Source of the DNA: Heterodontus francisci
Taxonomy: Eukaryota
NCBI RefSeq assembly: GCF_036365525.1
Contig: NC_090377.1
Location: forward strand, 101,908,923 to 101,972,922
Length of the DNA stretch: 64,000 bases
Direction of reading: 5' to 3'
The position numbers and the translations under genes are program-made. Numbering within the stretch: the stretch's first letter is position 1; each line of letters opens with the position of its first letter. The notes below the pieces were generated by a model. It was not told the origin of the DNA. It ran no database searches and saw only the letters and a list, made by a program, of their open reading frames with translations. Positions 29,301 to 39,689 of this stretch are shown in pieces.

Positions 29301-32300
29301 GCATTTTTTCAATATAAGGCTTTCTGGTAAATTTCTGCAAAATTTCATACTGTATCTCAAAAAAAATCATGGTTTACATGACAATTAGAGAACCTTTAAT
29401 AATCTCAATGCCTTGGCTGTTGAGTGGCAGCTTCCAGGGTGATCACCTAGTCTGATCAAAAAGCCCGGTTTACAATGCAAACACAATTGCCAATTCCAGT
29501 AGGAAGTGAAGCCAAAGCCAAGGCTGGCTATGTTTCACTAAAACTAATTAAACCGGAGAGCCACATGATGAATCAGAGCCAGACTCTCAAGGCGATGAGC
29601 TCTGGTTCAAATTGATGTTCAAACTTCCAAGTAGTCCTCAAGCAATGGGAATGAAATTTTGAGGGTCGGGACAGGAGGAGAGAAAAAAAACATTCTACAA
29701 AAGAGGAGAGCATTATACATAAAATTAAGCTTCAACTTAATTTCTGAAGAGGACATTTATGAAGATAACATTGTTACTTAGGTAAAATTTGCTTCAACGG
29801 CATATTATTCTGGAAGAATGCCATTTTATTTCAAGAAGTACTATCTATTGTTATACAGTATTTTGAATGACTTGGCCTCTGGGGTGGCAGTATTACTCCC
29901 TTGCTTATACAGGTTTTAGAAGGAAACTGAAGCGACGTCAAGGTACATCTCACCTAGTAGCGGCTGGGGAAGACAAGACATTTGCATCCCTGTTATTTTC
30001 GACAAAAGTGCATAGACATGCATATCCTCTACCATTGCTTTACTTGACAAATTTAAAATAGACTGAAAGAACAAATGTTCTCTGTGAAAGTCACTATTTA
30101 TAAGCAATCAGGGCTATTATTGCACTGTACAGGGTTTCTAGATTTCCCACAAAGGGACTGTGTTACATCAGTTCTTGGATCTGCTTTTAGACAAGGAACA
30201 CATGGACCACATTGATCAATACCACCTTCTCTAATCCCCACTCTGATGTTCAGCTTTCATCAGGTTATTTTACAAGACAGGAATTATTCTGCCAGGTGAT
30301 TTTCCTGGAGTACCACTTCCTCCTCCCTCCCTCCAGCAGTTCTCTCCTCATCCTTTATTCCCTGACACAGCAGGCAAGTCACCTTTTCAATTGTCTTCCC
30401 ACATGGCTGTGCAACTGTCGATTAGAAATTACACAGGAGAAATCATAGGCAATACCTGACAGCACAGCAGAGATCAGAAATTCTAACAGGGTCAAATCTA
30501 CTGCGCAGCGTCAGACCATAGCTCCATTCTACAATGCAGTTCCTATAAATAGCATGCTCACAAGTTCTCCAAGTGGTTGCAATATTAAGCAAGGATAATG
30601 GGTTAGGGTTAGGAAGCAAGTTCACCTGCAGTAATTTCTCATTCAGTGCACAAGTTTATATTTAAAAGGCAAAAAAAGCACATGTTCTGGATTTAAAGCA
30701 TTTAATGTTTGGGTTAATATAAACCAAAGCAAGATCCAGGTAGTTAAATGTTATACTTAAATTATTGTTAATTATGACAAGACAAAGTCAATAAGGAAAC
30801 ACGTTTGTCACAAAAATATTCTGCATTCACAATTAAGCAAAAATAGTAGAAAAAAAGCCCAATATTACTGCACAAAGTAGTAACTGCATTTCTCATCACA
30901 ACAGTGACTACACGTCATGAAGTACTTCATTGTAAAGTGATTTGGATGTTGCAAGGATGCGAAAGAAGCTATTTAAATGCAAGTCTTTTATCTTTTCATT
31001 TACTATTATGACTGGCCCATTGTGGTAAATGTCACCACAACAAAAGGAAACAAAAAATACATAGGAAGCTATCCAAAACCAGAGATGATCAGAATGACTA
31101 ATACCTAAAGCTGCCATCAGATAGTCAAGTTTCAGTCACTGTACTTGATCAGCCAGAGACATAAAGGTATCCAAAAACATTAGAGAACCACCTTTTTAGA
31201 AAAATGTTTAGGGTCCCCAGGGGGTTGATAAAATGAAGGTGGATTAAGTTGACATTTGTGGTCAGTTCAGGTCAGTAAGCCAAGAAAGAGTTAACCACCA
31301 CTCAGGGGGAACCATCATTAATCTGAACGGACATGACTGAAGGCCCCTGGCTTTGTACCAACCCCTCCTCCCAGCACCCAAAATATGAAGCTGGTCACGA
31401 GTCTACAATTTCCCAAGTAGCCAAAAATGAAAGGGCTAAAAGGAAAACAAATCCTATCCTCATTTTCCATCCAGTCTACTTATAGAAACATAGTCATTGA
31501 AACAGTTCATGGATCCCAGATAAATCTGCTGTCACCTTCTGATCGTATTATCCAACAGCAATTAAAAGGGAAAACAATTAAATGTAAATGTTGATAAACT
31601 GGTATGTCAGGATAGCAAGATGTGTAGAGAGAGAAAACGTTGGTACGTTTATAAAACACAGCTAAAATCAACGTGATGTTCTCCTCCTCAATCAAAAAGT
31701 TTATCTTAGTCATCCACACCAATATTCCTTCTGCTAGACACATGAATTTTGATTACCTGCTTTAGCAGTCAGGTGGCACAAAGATTCACCTGTTAGCACT
31801 ACTTTAAATCTACTCTCAAGACTCACCTTCTGATGGCAAACTGTAATGCCCAATGGCCCAGAAAGTCTGGAATTAACCAAGCTGCTCCCACCTACCCAGG
31901 AATAGCCACTCCGATCATGCTCCATTTTTGAACACTTCCCCTTCCAGGAGATGAAGACTTGCAAAATGTTTGGGCCTTTTTGCACAGGTGCAAACAGTTC
32001 CAAACTGTCATTACATATTAATATATTCAGAAGGATTTAGTGAAAAACATTAAGAAAAGGGATCAAATCAGAAATGTAAACTTTTAGAAATCGTCAATGT
32101 CCTATAATTATCATCTGACCAAATGCTTCTAGATGTGCAGTGTAAAGCTGGATTATCTCTAACTCTGCAAATAATTTGCATCTCACCAGTATCCGCAACA
32201 CACCAGGGATACTGCTATAACCTGATATAAAAGCAAAATACTGCTGATGCTGGAAAGCTGAAATAAAATCAAAAAGTGTTGGAAATACTCAGCAGGTCTG

Positions 32301-33480
32301 GCAGCATCTGTGGAGAGAGAAGCAAAGTTAACGTTTCAGGTCAGTGACCTTTCCTGAAATGTTAACTCTCCTTCTCTCTCCACAGATGCTACCAGACCTG
32401 CTGAGTATTTCTAGCACTTTTTGGTTTTATTACAGATATAACCAGTGCTTATAATACTCCAATGAAAAAAAAAAGTGAAAATAATTTAGTAACTGATGTT
32501 AAGAGAAGAGTGTCACATATTGTAATTTCAAATACAGCACTGCACCACAATTTTTCCAGGCCTGGGTTAGATATGATTACACTTTCGCTGAATGTTTAAA
32601 ATTAACACTGGCAAAATCCTAGCAAATTAACAGCAACCCTGAAAATAGGGGCTAAAATCAGAAAATTAAAGCTTCTAGTCAGCAAGGAAAAGGTTACCCC
32701 AGCACAGTATTTGCGCTAAGGTAGCCACCACATAAAATGAAATCATCAACCACCCACCCCCGTAAAAGGTACTTACAATTAACAGATTGGAAGTCTGGTA
32801 CAAACTGTTCATCATCTTCGGGAACCTGGGCTGCAGAAAAAAAAAGAGAAAAAAAATTATAATAATTAAAAACACCCCACTGTGCGCCCAGGTCAATCGC
32901 TTTTACATGAGTACATTTCAGCTCTGCGATTAAATATAAATATATAATTACAGTAAACGCTTCATAAGTGAAGAGGATGTTTAAAAAAAACAGAATGCAC
33001 TTACCCTCTGCTAGCCACGTTTCTTGCAACAGGCTTAAATCTTGAAAAAGTTCTGGAAAAGTGAAATAGATCATAAGTATGAACGAGACGGGTCACTGCA
33101 ACACGGGTGTGGGATTCTGAAAAGAGACGATTGAATCTGCACAGAGAACCTCAGTCATTTACCTTCCGAATCATGGGCAAGGTCCGTCTCCACAAATTTC
33201 CTTTTCCTGTCGTTCATTTGTCGGCCGCGCAGTTCTTCCACACGTGTTTTCTGAGAAAACCAAAATAAATCCACATCGAAAATTAGGTAAGAATTTTTGT
33301 GCAAAGAAGCTACTGCATTAAAACCTACCCCCCGTCCAAAACACAAATCGGTGCATTTTTCTTAATACACAAGAATGAATTCTAAATGTCATTTTTTTTT
33401 TAAAAAAGGAAAACGTTTGTTTTGCTCACCGATACATTGGGCACCATAAAAGGAACTTGCTGGTCGTAAAATCCGTCCAT
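5136..33480 (-). CDS. ETV5: ETS translocation variant 5 (ERM, PEA3 subfamily); spliced CDS of 12 coding exons, 1518 nt / ~505 aa
   Basis: Joined exons read [14 protein letters not shown]...[23 protein letters not shown]...QTFAVPR...IKQEPRDYC...[18 protein letters not shown]...[21 protein letters not shown]...EGFAY*. DLAHDSE, QTFAVPR, EPRDYC and the GFAY terminus match ETV5 as recalled, rather than ETV1/ETV4. Exon lengths 51,88,48,54,127,267,251,69,69,170,102,222 keep frame. Confidence 0.93.
5819..5920 (-). CDS. ETV5: ETV5 coding exon 11 ([34 protein letters not shown]; ETS recognition helix)
   Basis: ctacAG acceptor, AAG|GTGGG donor, 102 nt. Confidence 0.97.
8916..9085 (-). CDS. ETV5: ETV5 coding exon 10 (KVKQE...[11 protein letters not shown]...KLIEPEE; start of ETS domain)
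   Basis: ccaacAG acceptor, GAG|GTATG donor, 170 nt. Confidence 0.96.
9970..11210 (+). mobile_element. Young CR1 LINE, 5'-truncated (RT domain to 3' tail)
   Basis: ORFs 10202-10726 and 10732-11136: [31 protein letters not shown]; one frameshift near 10720; short tandem tail gactatgacta. Confidence 0.95.
11428..11496 (-). CDS. ETV5: ETV5 coding exon 9 ([23 protein letters not shown])
   Basis: Translated by hand; ttcccAG acceptor, GTAAGT donor, 69 nt. Confidence 0.92.
11735..12625 (+). mobile_element. CR1 LINE 3' fragment
   Basis: ORFs 11775-12233 and 12294-12554 ([29 protein letters not shown]). Confidence 0.92.
13060..14121 (-). mobile_element. Penelope-like retroelement remnant: GIY-YIG endonuclease fragment between inverted terminal repeats
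   Basis: Minus strand 13400-13770 translates [36 protein letters not shown]...GLNIEFNNF; terminal repeat present in opposite orientations at ~13060-13260 and ~13930-14121. Confidence 0.82.
14122..14425 (+). mobile_element. tRNA-derived V-SINE (HE1-like) with CR1-type tail
   Basis: A box TGGCACAGTGG, B box GGTTCGATTC, V-domain-like gtgcggagtttgc..gggtgctccggtttcctcccac, tail gggccgaagggcctgtttcagtgctgta. Confidence 0.88.
14595..14623 (+). repeat. Poly-G run (G6-T-G22)
   Basis: Direct reading. Confidence 0.95.
15786..15854 (-). CDS. ETV5: ETV5 coding exon 8 ([23 protein letters not shown])
   Basis: ctgtacAG acceptor, G|GTAAA donor, 69 nt. Confidence 0.92.
18346..18670 (-). mobile_element. 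Second HE1-like V-SINE copy with internal deletion and telomeric insertion
   Basis: Reverse complement closely matches 14122-14425. Confidence 0.88.
19448..19698 (-). CDS. ETV5: ETV5 coding exon 7 ([11 protein letters not shown]...FKQEYHD...[12 protein letters not shown])
   Basis: cctcaaAG acceptor, AG|GTTGG donor, 251 nt; ORF 19401-19715. Confidence 0.92.
21315..21581 (-). CDS. ETV5: ETV5 coding exon 6 ([16 protein letters not shown]...[13 protein letters not shown]...EHR)
   Basis: ttgcAG acceptor, AG|GTAGG donor, 267 nt; overlaps ORF 21311-21523. Confidence 0.92.
22175..22625 (+). mobile_element. tRNA-derived Deu-domain SINE (SacSINE1-like) with L2-type tail
   Basis: Head gtggctcagttggta...gggttcaagtccc; tail aaagcactttggagatgtc...gtgctatataaatgcaagt. 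Confidence 0.8.
23380..23506 (-). CDS. ETV5: ETV5 coding exon 5 ([18 protein letters not shown]...YGENCLYSY)
   Basis: Translated by hand (not in ORF track); atttcAG acceptor, AG|GTGCGC donor, 127 nt; IKRE SUMO-type motif. Confidence 0.92.
26120..26730 (-). mobile_element. L2 LINE 3' fragment
   Basis: Minus [13 protein letters not shown]...FK (LHWLP-like L2 motif) and L2 tail acttgcatttatgacacc. Confidence 0.8.
27045..27572. mobile_element. PIF/Harbinger-type MITE
   Basis: Imperfect TIRs GTGCTGGATTTTA / TAAAATTCAGCTC, 3-bp direct repeat CAA on both flanks, GC-rich interior related to 39153-39674. Confidence 0.7.
27595..27730 (+). mobile_element. Penelope-like terminal repeat with intact minimal hammerhead core
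   Basis: gtt-CTGAAGA-a-GGGTC-act-GACCC-GAAA-CGTT-aac followed by the family tail. Confidence 0.8.
27596..27630 (+). ncRNA. Minimal type I hammerhead ribozyme motif
   Basis: Conserved CUGANGA and GAAA boxes, 5-bp stem II, palindromic AACGTT in place of stem III, stem I GTT/AAC. Confidence 0.65.
28037..28062 (+). repeat. Poly-A run (A26)
   Basis: Direct reading. Confidence 0.95.
32228..32431. repeat. Fold-back (inverted) Penelope-derived repeat
   Basis: 79-bp arms 32262-32340 and 32353-32431, 72/79 complementary by manual comparison. Confidence 0.9.
32777..32830 (-). CDS. ETV5: ETV5 coding exon 4 ([21 protein letters not shown]1-degron-type EQFVPD)
   Basis: ttctgcAG acceptor, GTAAGT donor, 54 nt. 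Confidence 0.93.
33005..33052 (-). CDS. ETV5: ETV5 coding exon 3 ([16 protein letters not shown], acidic activation domain)
   Basis: ttttccAG acceptor, GTAAGT donor, 48 nt. Confidence 0.94.
33163..33250 (-). CDS. ETV5: ETV5 coding exon 2 ([29 protein letters not shown])
   Basis: tctcAG acceptor, G|GTAAAT donor, 88 nt. Confidence 0.93.
33430..33480 (-). CDS. ETV5: ETV5 coding exon 1 ([17 protein letters not shown]); exon extends 5' as UTR to an acceptor at 33595
   Basis: ATG at 33480 in strong context (acaaaATGG); donor G|GTGAGC at 33429 (alternative GTATCG donor at 33435); upstream acceptor ttctctcgcctctcttAG at 33596-33597. Confidence 0.9.
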
Positions 33481-34033
33481 TTTGTAGCTGGTCTTGTCTT
33501 AAAAGTCCTGCTACAAACCATTAACATGGACTCGCTGGAGCGCAGATGAGACTTTTCTTTTGGTTGTTTTGTTTCGCTTTGCTCTGCAGCTCCTCCTAAG
33601 AGAGGCGAGAGAAAATTATGAATGGGAGAGGCAGGCTGGCTGGCGACAGGTAGGAACGTAACGGGATCCGAGCGCTCCATTCACAAAAAAATCACACAGC
33701 TGAACCCCGCCGCCCACCGCCTCCCACACAGCAAACAACAACTCGCTTCTTCAGCGGCCTTTAAACTCAATGTAACCACCCCAAGCTCACAGTGAAAACC
33801 CTTCACTTACAGGCACGAAATCACATCGACGGGCGGCACTTCATTTCTCCCGATAGCAAAGACGTGTTGAAGAAAATGGCGAACATTTGCAACACAAGCT
33901 CTCATTAACATCTATGTTTAGCTTTTAAATGCAACACTTAAACCACCCCCCCCCCTTTCCTTCCACCCATTAAAAAGAATATAGAAACTTTATTCAAGAC
34001 AACCCTGCACCATCAGATATTATTTCTGCTTAC

Positions 34034-34200
34034 CTGTGAAATGGTCTGTATTGTATTTATAAAAGAATTTTTAATTTCTAAAAATTAAAGAAACCCCACG
34101 CACTTGGACTCCCGAATCGCAGCTCAGAAAAAAGTTGAATGGGATTTTTTGCTCAGTTGAAGCGAACGCGACTTCTTTTCCCCAGAGGCAACTCGGGTTC
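34034..34200 (-). other. Probable non-coding first exon of ETV5
   Basis: Strong donor CAG|GTAAGC at 34033 just downstream of the CCAAT cluster; TSS position is inferred. Confidence 0.5.
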
Positions 34201-34460
34201 GCGCACCTCACCGGCACTGCGATTGGCCAATTCACATGTCAATCATCGTGTGAACCATTTCATTAGTCATTGTTGAAAGAGCAAGCGAACCAATTGACTA
34301 ACCGTAATAGAGAATCAATGAATCCTATTGGTCAAAACCTGATTGTGTTCCAGCACGAAGCGCCATACCCAGGCACCCGCCAATCAGAATGCCTGATGTG
34401 CCCTTGATTGATAACTAGCCTGATGACGGGTTTCATTCACGAAAAATTGGTCAGGGCTGA
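34200..34460 (-). promoter_or_regulatory. ETV5 promoter with clustered CCAAT (NF-Y) boxes
   Basis: CCAAT/ATTGG at 34222, 34227, 34290, 34327, 34380, 34446; CpG-enriched 33.1-34.5 kb; YY1-like AAAATGGCG at 33873. Confidence 0.65.
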
Positions 34461-35529
34461 GTAAGTGCGCCATTGAAGGACGAGAGATCACAATAGAGCT
34501 GCTTGATGCAGCCTGATCCCATGCAAGGTCACAAACAGCATGAAAAACACCACACATGCAGAACAATCCCAAAGGATTGTCAAAACCTGATCAGTTGCAC
34601 TGTAAAATTAACCAACACATCTTTCCTACTTTCTCAAGTAGGAAGGTCTGTTAGTGACACGTTTTAAAATGCGCAGCTGGAAGCAACCGCACTTTGCATT
34701 GCTAACATGTCAACACAAATAAATCGATCCTTTTAAAGTAAAAATAAGCAGATGAACATAAATAAAATGCTGATGCTTTCTGCTTTTGGTAACGATGAAA
34801 AGGATCTATTTGATTTTAAAAAAATTATAAGGATCTTGCCATAACTATCAAATGGCCAGTAGATGCGTTATTTATTTTTAAGGTCTACCGATTTAACAAT
34901 TTACATTTTCGTTTGTATACGCTTACTCCATTTATACACATAAACCGTTTGAAAGTAATACGATATCCTTTGCATGTAAAATATATTTTCAGGAGCTGGG
35001 CAAGGCAGGACTTCTATACACGGATCAGGCAGCCTCAGGCTCTAACCAGGCGCACACTTGTAGCTGATGTGAAGGGAGAATGGGAGGAACGCAAACAACA
35101 TCAGAAATGGCAAAATCTCAGGACACACTCCATCATGCTATCCAGCGAGCGAAGGAAAGAGGATTCTCAAATCCCACGTGTTTCATTCATTCCCAACACT
35201 AAAAGATCTTCTCATTTCCACTCTCCCCTCCCTTTCCATTGTTGCTCTGTTCCCCTGTGGAAGGTTCGTCAACAACGAAAACAAACACCTATCCTAGTCC
35301 TAATCTGCCAGCTCTCTGTTCGCATCTCTGTATCGCATATCTATTACTATAATTACATCGGTATCAATTCAATTCATGACCTTATTAGTGGTATAATCCC
35401 GCTGCATACCGGTTTTATGAGTTCCGTAGAGCTAGACTCTCAAAACATGGAGGTCTGATTGTGGACTGATGCTGCTTCAATTCCACTGTAACAGCTGAAG
35501 CCCATACAGTATAAACAAAAGGGCCTGCA

Positions 35530-35720
35530 ACTGCCGGAGACCCGAAACAAAAACAGAAAATACTGGAGACAATCTGCAGATCAGCCCGCATCCGCAGAGA
35601 GGGCAGACACATTGCCATTTCAGGAATGGGCCTTTCATGAATTCTCTTATCAACTTGTCTGTTCTCCCCACAAATGTTGACTGACCTGCTGAATGTTTCC
35701 AGCTTTTTCTGTTTTTGTTT
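35530..35720. repeat. Older fold-back Penelope-derived repeat
   Basis: aaacaaaaacagaaaatactggag ... ccagctttttctgtttttgttt inverted arms. Confidence 0.6.
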
Positions 35721-35754
35721 GACGCCCATACAGCGATCAAAATGTAAGGAAGAA

Positions 35755-36190
35755 AAGAAAGAACCTGCATTTATAAAAAGCGTTATATAAACGTCAGGAC
35801 GACACAAAGCGCGTTGATGCCAATGAAGTTCTTATTTCAAGTGCAGACACTGTTGTAAATGTAGGAAATATGATAGCCACTTGCACACAGAAAAGTCCCA
35901 CTTATAGTAATGAAATAATGAACAGATAATCTGTTTTAGCAATGTTGGTTGAGGGTTAAACGTTGGCTAGGACACCAGGGAAAACTCCCCTGCTATCCTT
36001 CAAATAGTGCCAGGTGATCTTAATGCCCACCTGATAGTGTAGGCAAACCCTCAGTTTAATATCACATCTGAAGACAGCTCTCCCTCAGTCCTGCGCTGAA
36101 ATATCAGCCTAGATTCTGAGCTCAAATCTCCAGGATGGGACGTGAATCCACAACCTTTTCACTCATGGCGACAGCGCGACCACTGAGCAA
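35755..36190 (-). mobile_element. Deu-domain SINE (SacSINE1-like), second copy
   Basis: Reverse complement resembles 22175-22625 (head gctcagtggtcgc..gtggattcacgtccc; tail ttataaatgcagg). Confidence 0.75.
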
Positions 36191-36659
36191 AGGACACACA
36201 GGAGAGTTAGAGTGGACCAGAGTTACTTTGTCACAAGTCACTTGATGGTATAAATCAAGCAACTCAGGCTTGTCAACATCAGATTGTAAATTATCCCCCA
36301 TACAAAATTCACCCGTCAGGATGTAGGTTGGATACCAGTAATAGTGTACTGTCAATGGGAAGGCTGATACTTTGATCTCTTTGTGTATCTACAGGTAACA
36401 AGTAATATCACTGTGATCGCTTGTAGTTAATCAACTGTCACGGCTGACACCTAAAGTGAAAACCCTCCATGGTGAATTTCACTCCTTTGCCTCCAACCAA
36501 TCCACAACAAACGTGAATAAATTCTCCAGCAGTACACACCATTGATTCTGTTAGTTTTGGATAGGTCCGCAGCACGTGCTGGCAGGCTATACCACCATGA
36601 GTTGTCACAGCTGAGCCCAGTGCTGAAATTACAATAAAAGCTGGAAATGCTTCTGATGA

Positions 36660-39152
36660 ACAGACAGGTGTTTCTGTGGCCACACATCTGAATCCAGGAT
36701 AGTATGTTGCCTCCCTGGTGCCAGGGTCAAGGAAGTCACTGAACAGCTGCAGAGCACCCCGAGTGGGGAGGGTGAACAGTGATCCACATTGGGACAAACG
36801 ACCAATAGACAGAAAGAGAGATGTGGTCTTACAGTCAGAATTTAGGAAGCTAAGTAGGAAATTAGCAAGCAGGGACTCAAATGTAGTAATTCCGGATTAC
36901 TCCCAGTACCATGCGCAAGTGAGTATAATGATAGGAGGATAAAGCAGATGAATGGGTGGCTGGACAGATGGTGCAGGAGGGAGGGATTTAGATTCTTGGG
37001 ACATTGGGACCGGCGCTAGGGGAAATGGGACCTGTACAGGCCAGACAGGTTCTTTGTGGGGCGATTCGCTAGTGCTGTTGGAGAGGGTTTAAACTAGCTT
37101 GGCAGGGGTGTGGAAACCAGGAGGTAATATTAGAGAGGAATACCAAAATGCACAGAATACTGGGAGAGATAGATAGCACTAGAGTAGGGACTAGTAAGTT
37201 TTTAAGTGGGGTCAGAGTAAGGGAAAAGGTAATAAAGTCTGAATTAGGGTTACTGTGCATATATGTGAATGCTGGAGTGTGGTAAATAAGAGTGGTGTGT
37301 TACAGGCACAGATTGGCATGTGGAAATATGATGTTGTGGTGATAACTCAAAGAAGAGCAGGACTGGTATTAAATATTCCTGGATACAAGATGTTCAGATA
37401 TAGGAAAGGAAGAAAAAGGGAAGGGGTGGCAGTATTGATAAAGGAGAGCATTGCAGTGCTGGAGAGAGAGGATGTCCCAGAAGGGCGAAAGACAGTATCT
37501 ATTTGGATAGAGCTAAGGAACAAAAAAGGTGCAATTACATTGCTCGGTGTAGTCTATAGGCCACCAGCTAGTGGGAAAGATGTAGAGGAACAAATTTTCA
37601 AGGAAATTACAGAGAGGTGCAAGAGATATAGAGTAGTTATAATGAGGGACTTTAATTATCTGAATATAGACAAGGATAGGCAGAGAGGGGCAAGAGTTCC
37701 TAGAGTGGGTTCAGGAAAATCTTCTACTGCAGTATATTTCCAGTCCAACGACAAAGGAGGCACTGCTAGACCTGGTTCTTGGGAATGAGGTGGGCCAAGT
37801 GGATAAAGTATCAATGGAACATTTAAGGGACAGTGATCATTGTATCATAAGGTTTTGGGTGGCTATGGAAAAGGACAAAGAACAATCCAGAGTAAGAATA
37901 ATTAACTGGGAGAAAGAGAACTTCAATGGGGTAAAAATAGATCTGGGCCAGATAAATTGGAATCAAAAGGTTGGTAGGAAAAACGGTACCTGAATAATGG
38001 GCTGCCTTTAAAGAAGAGATAGTTCAGACACAGTCATGGGATATTCCCACGAAAGGGAAGGGTGCAGCAAACAAATCCAGGACTCCCTATATGACAAAAG
38101 AGATAGAGATAGAGATAAAGATAAAGAAGAAATGTGCTTATGACAGATGTCAGATGGATAATAGGTGGAGACCCAGGCTGAATATAGAAAGTTCAGAGGG
38201 GAGGTGAAAAAGCAAATAAGAGAAGCAAAGAGAGAGTATGAGAAGAGACTGGCAGCTAACATAAAAGGGAATCCTGAAGTCTTTTATAGGCATATAAATA
38301 GTAAAAGGGTGGTAAAAGGAGGAGTGGGGCCAATTAGGAACCAAGAAGGGGACTTACGCATGGAGGCAGGAAGCATAGCTGGAGTATTAAATGAATACTT
38401 TACACCTGTCTTTACCAAGGAAGAACTTGCTACCCAGGTCAAGTGAAAGAGGAGGTAATTAGTACTCTAGAAGGATTTAAAATTGATAAGGAGGAGGTAT
38501 TGGATAGGCTGTCTGTACTTAAAGTTGGTAAGGCACCAGGACTGGGTGAGATGCATCCAAAGATACTGAGGAAAGTGAGAGTGGAAATTGTGGAGGCACT
38601 GGCCATAATTTTTCACTCTTCCTTAGACTCAGGGATGGTGCCAGAGGAATGTAGAATTGCAACTGTTACACCCTTGTTCAAAAAAGTGGGTGTAAATATA
38701 AGCCCAGCAAATACAGGCCAGTCAGTTTAACTTCAGTGGTCGGGAAACTTCTAGAAACAATAATTCAGGACAAAATTAATAGTCACTTGGACAAATATGT
38801 GTTAATTAAGGAAAGCTAGCATGGATTTGTTATGGGAAAATCGTGTTTGACTAACCTGCTGGTGATTTTTGAAGAGGTGACAGAGAAGGTTGAAGATGGT
38901 AATGCTATTGATGTGGTGTACATGGACTTCCAGAAGGCATTTAATACAGTGCCACACAACAGACTTATAAGAAAAGTTATAGCTCTTGAACTAAAAGGGA
39001 CAGTAGCAACATGCATACAAAATTGGATGAGTGATAGGAAATAGATAGTAGTGGTTAATGGATGTTTTTTGGACTTGAGGAAGGCTTGCAGTGGAGTTCC
39101 TCGGGATCAGTGTTGGGACCCTTGCTTTTTCTGATATATATTAATGACCTAG
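36660..39152 (+). mobile_element. Long degenerate CR1 LINE: ORF1 esterase (SGNH) remnant, ORF2 APE endonuclease and RT
   Basis: tgttgcctccctggtgccagggtc (CCLPGARV); YDVVVIT, LLGVVYRPP, DFNY, SDH; KSCLTNL, DVVYMDFQKAF, GSVLGPLLFLIYINDL. Confidence 0.92.
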
Positions 39153-39674
39153 AGCGGTGGCCACTGCTGGGACTGGAGCCCAGCCAAGGACATGGAGCCA
39201 GTTTGGTTTTCTCACCAGGTGTAATCAGTCGAGCCCCGGTGAGGCAAGGGTAGTCATTGGGGGGGGAGGGGGGAGGGACGTCTTGGGTCCCAGGGGTAGT
39301 TGAGGAAGTGGGGGAGGCCCTCAATTGGGCACCCTGTGCCTGATCGTCAGGCACCACCACCCCCCCCTCCCCCACCAGGTGCATCGAGAGGCCGCCACGT
39401 TTCACCAGGCGGCCTTTCACATCTCCAGGACGCCTACTTGCCACGGGTAAAATCCCCGTGGAGGCAGGCGAAGGCCCTTAAGTGGCCACTTAAGGGCTTT
39501 GATTGGCCTAGGGCGGGCAGCCTGTTTTTCACTCCTCCCCCCCCCCCCCACTGCTGTACGTAAAGTGGGGCGGAGGCAGGAGCAGGTTGGGAAGGTCTTC
39601 CAGAGCCTCCCGCTCAATTTTACGCCACCTCCTCCCCACCATCCGGCTTGCTGAGGTGGCATACAATTCCGGCC
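39153..39674. mobile_element. GC-rich Harbinger-type MITE fragment truncating the CR1
   Basis: Shares gtggccactgctgggactg with 27045-27572; TIR-like right end. Confidence 0.6.
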
Positions 39675-39689
39675 GATGTCCTAGCATGG

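Noticed and set aside
30600-30613. GGGTTAGGGTTAGG telomere-like sequence
   Set aside because: Only two full units and no reference copy to show insertion; could be chance
34913-35458. 181-aa ORF divergent from the ETV5 promoter
   Set aside because: Non-ATG start, no recognisable domain, composition typical of non-coding DNA
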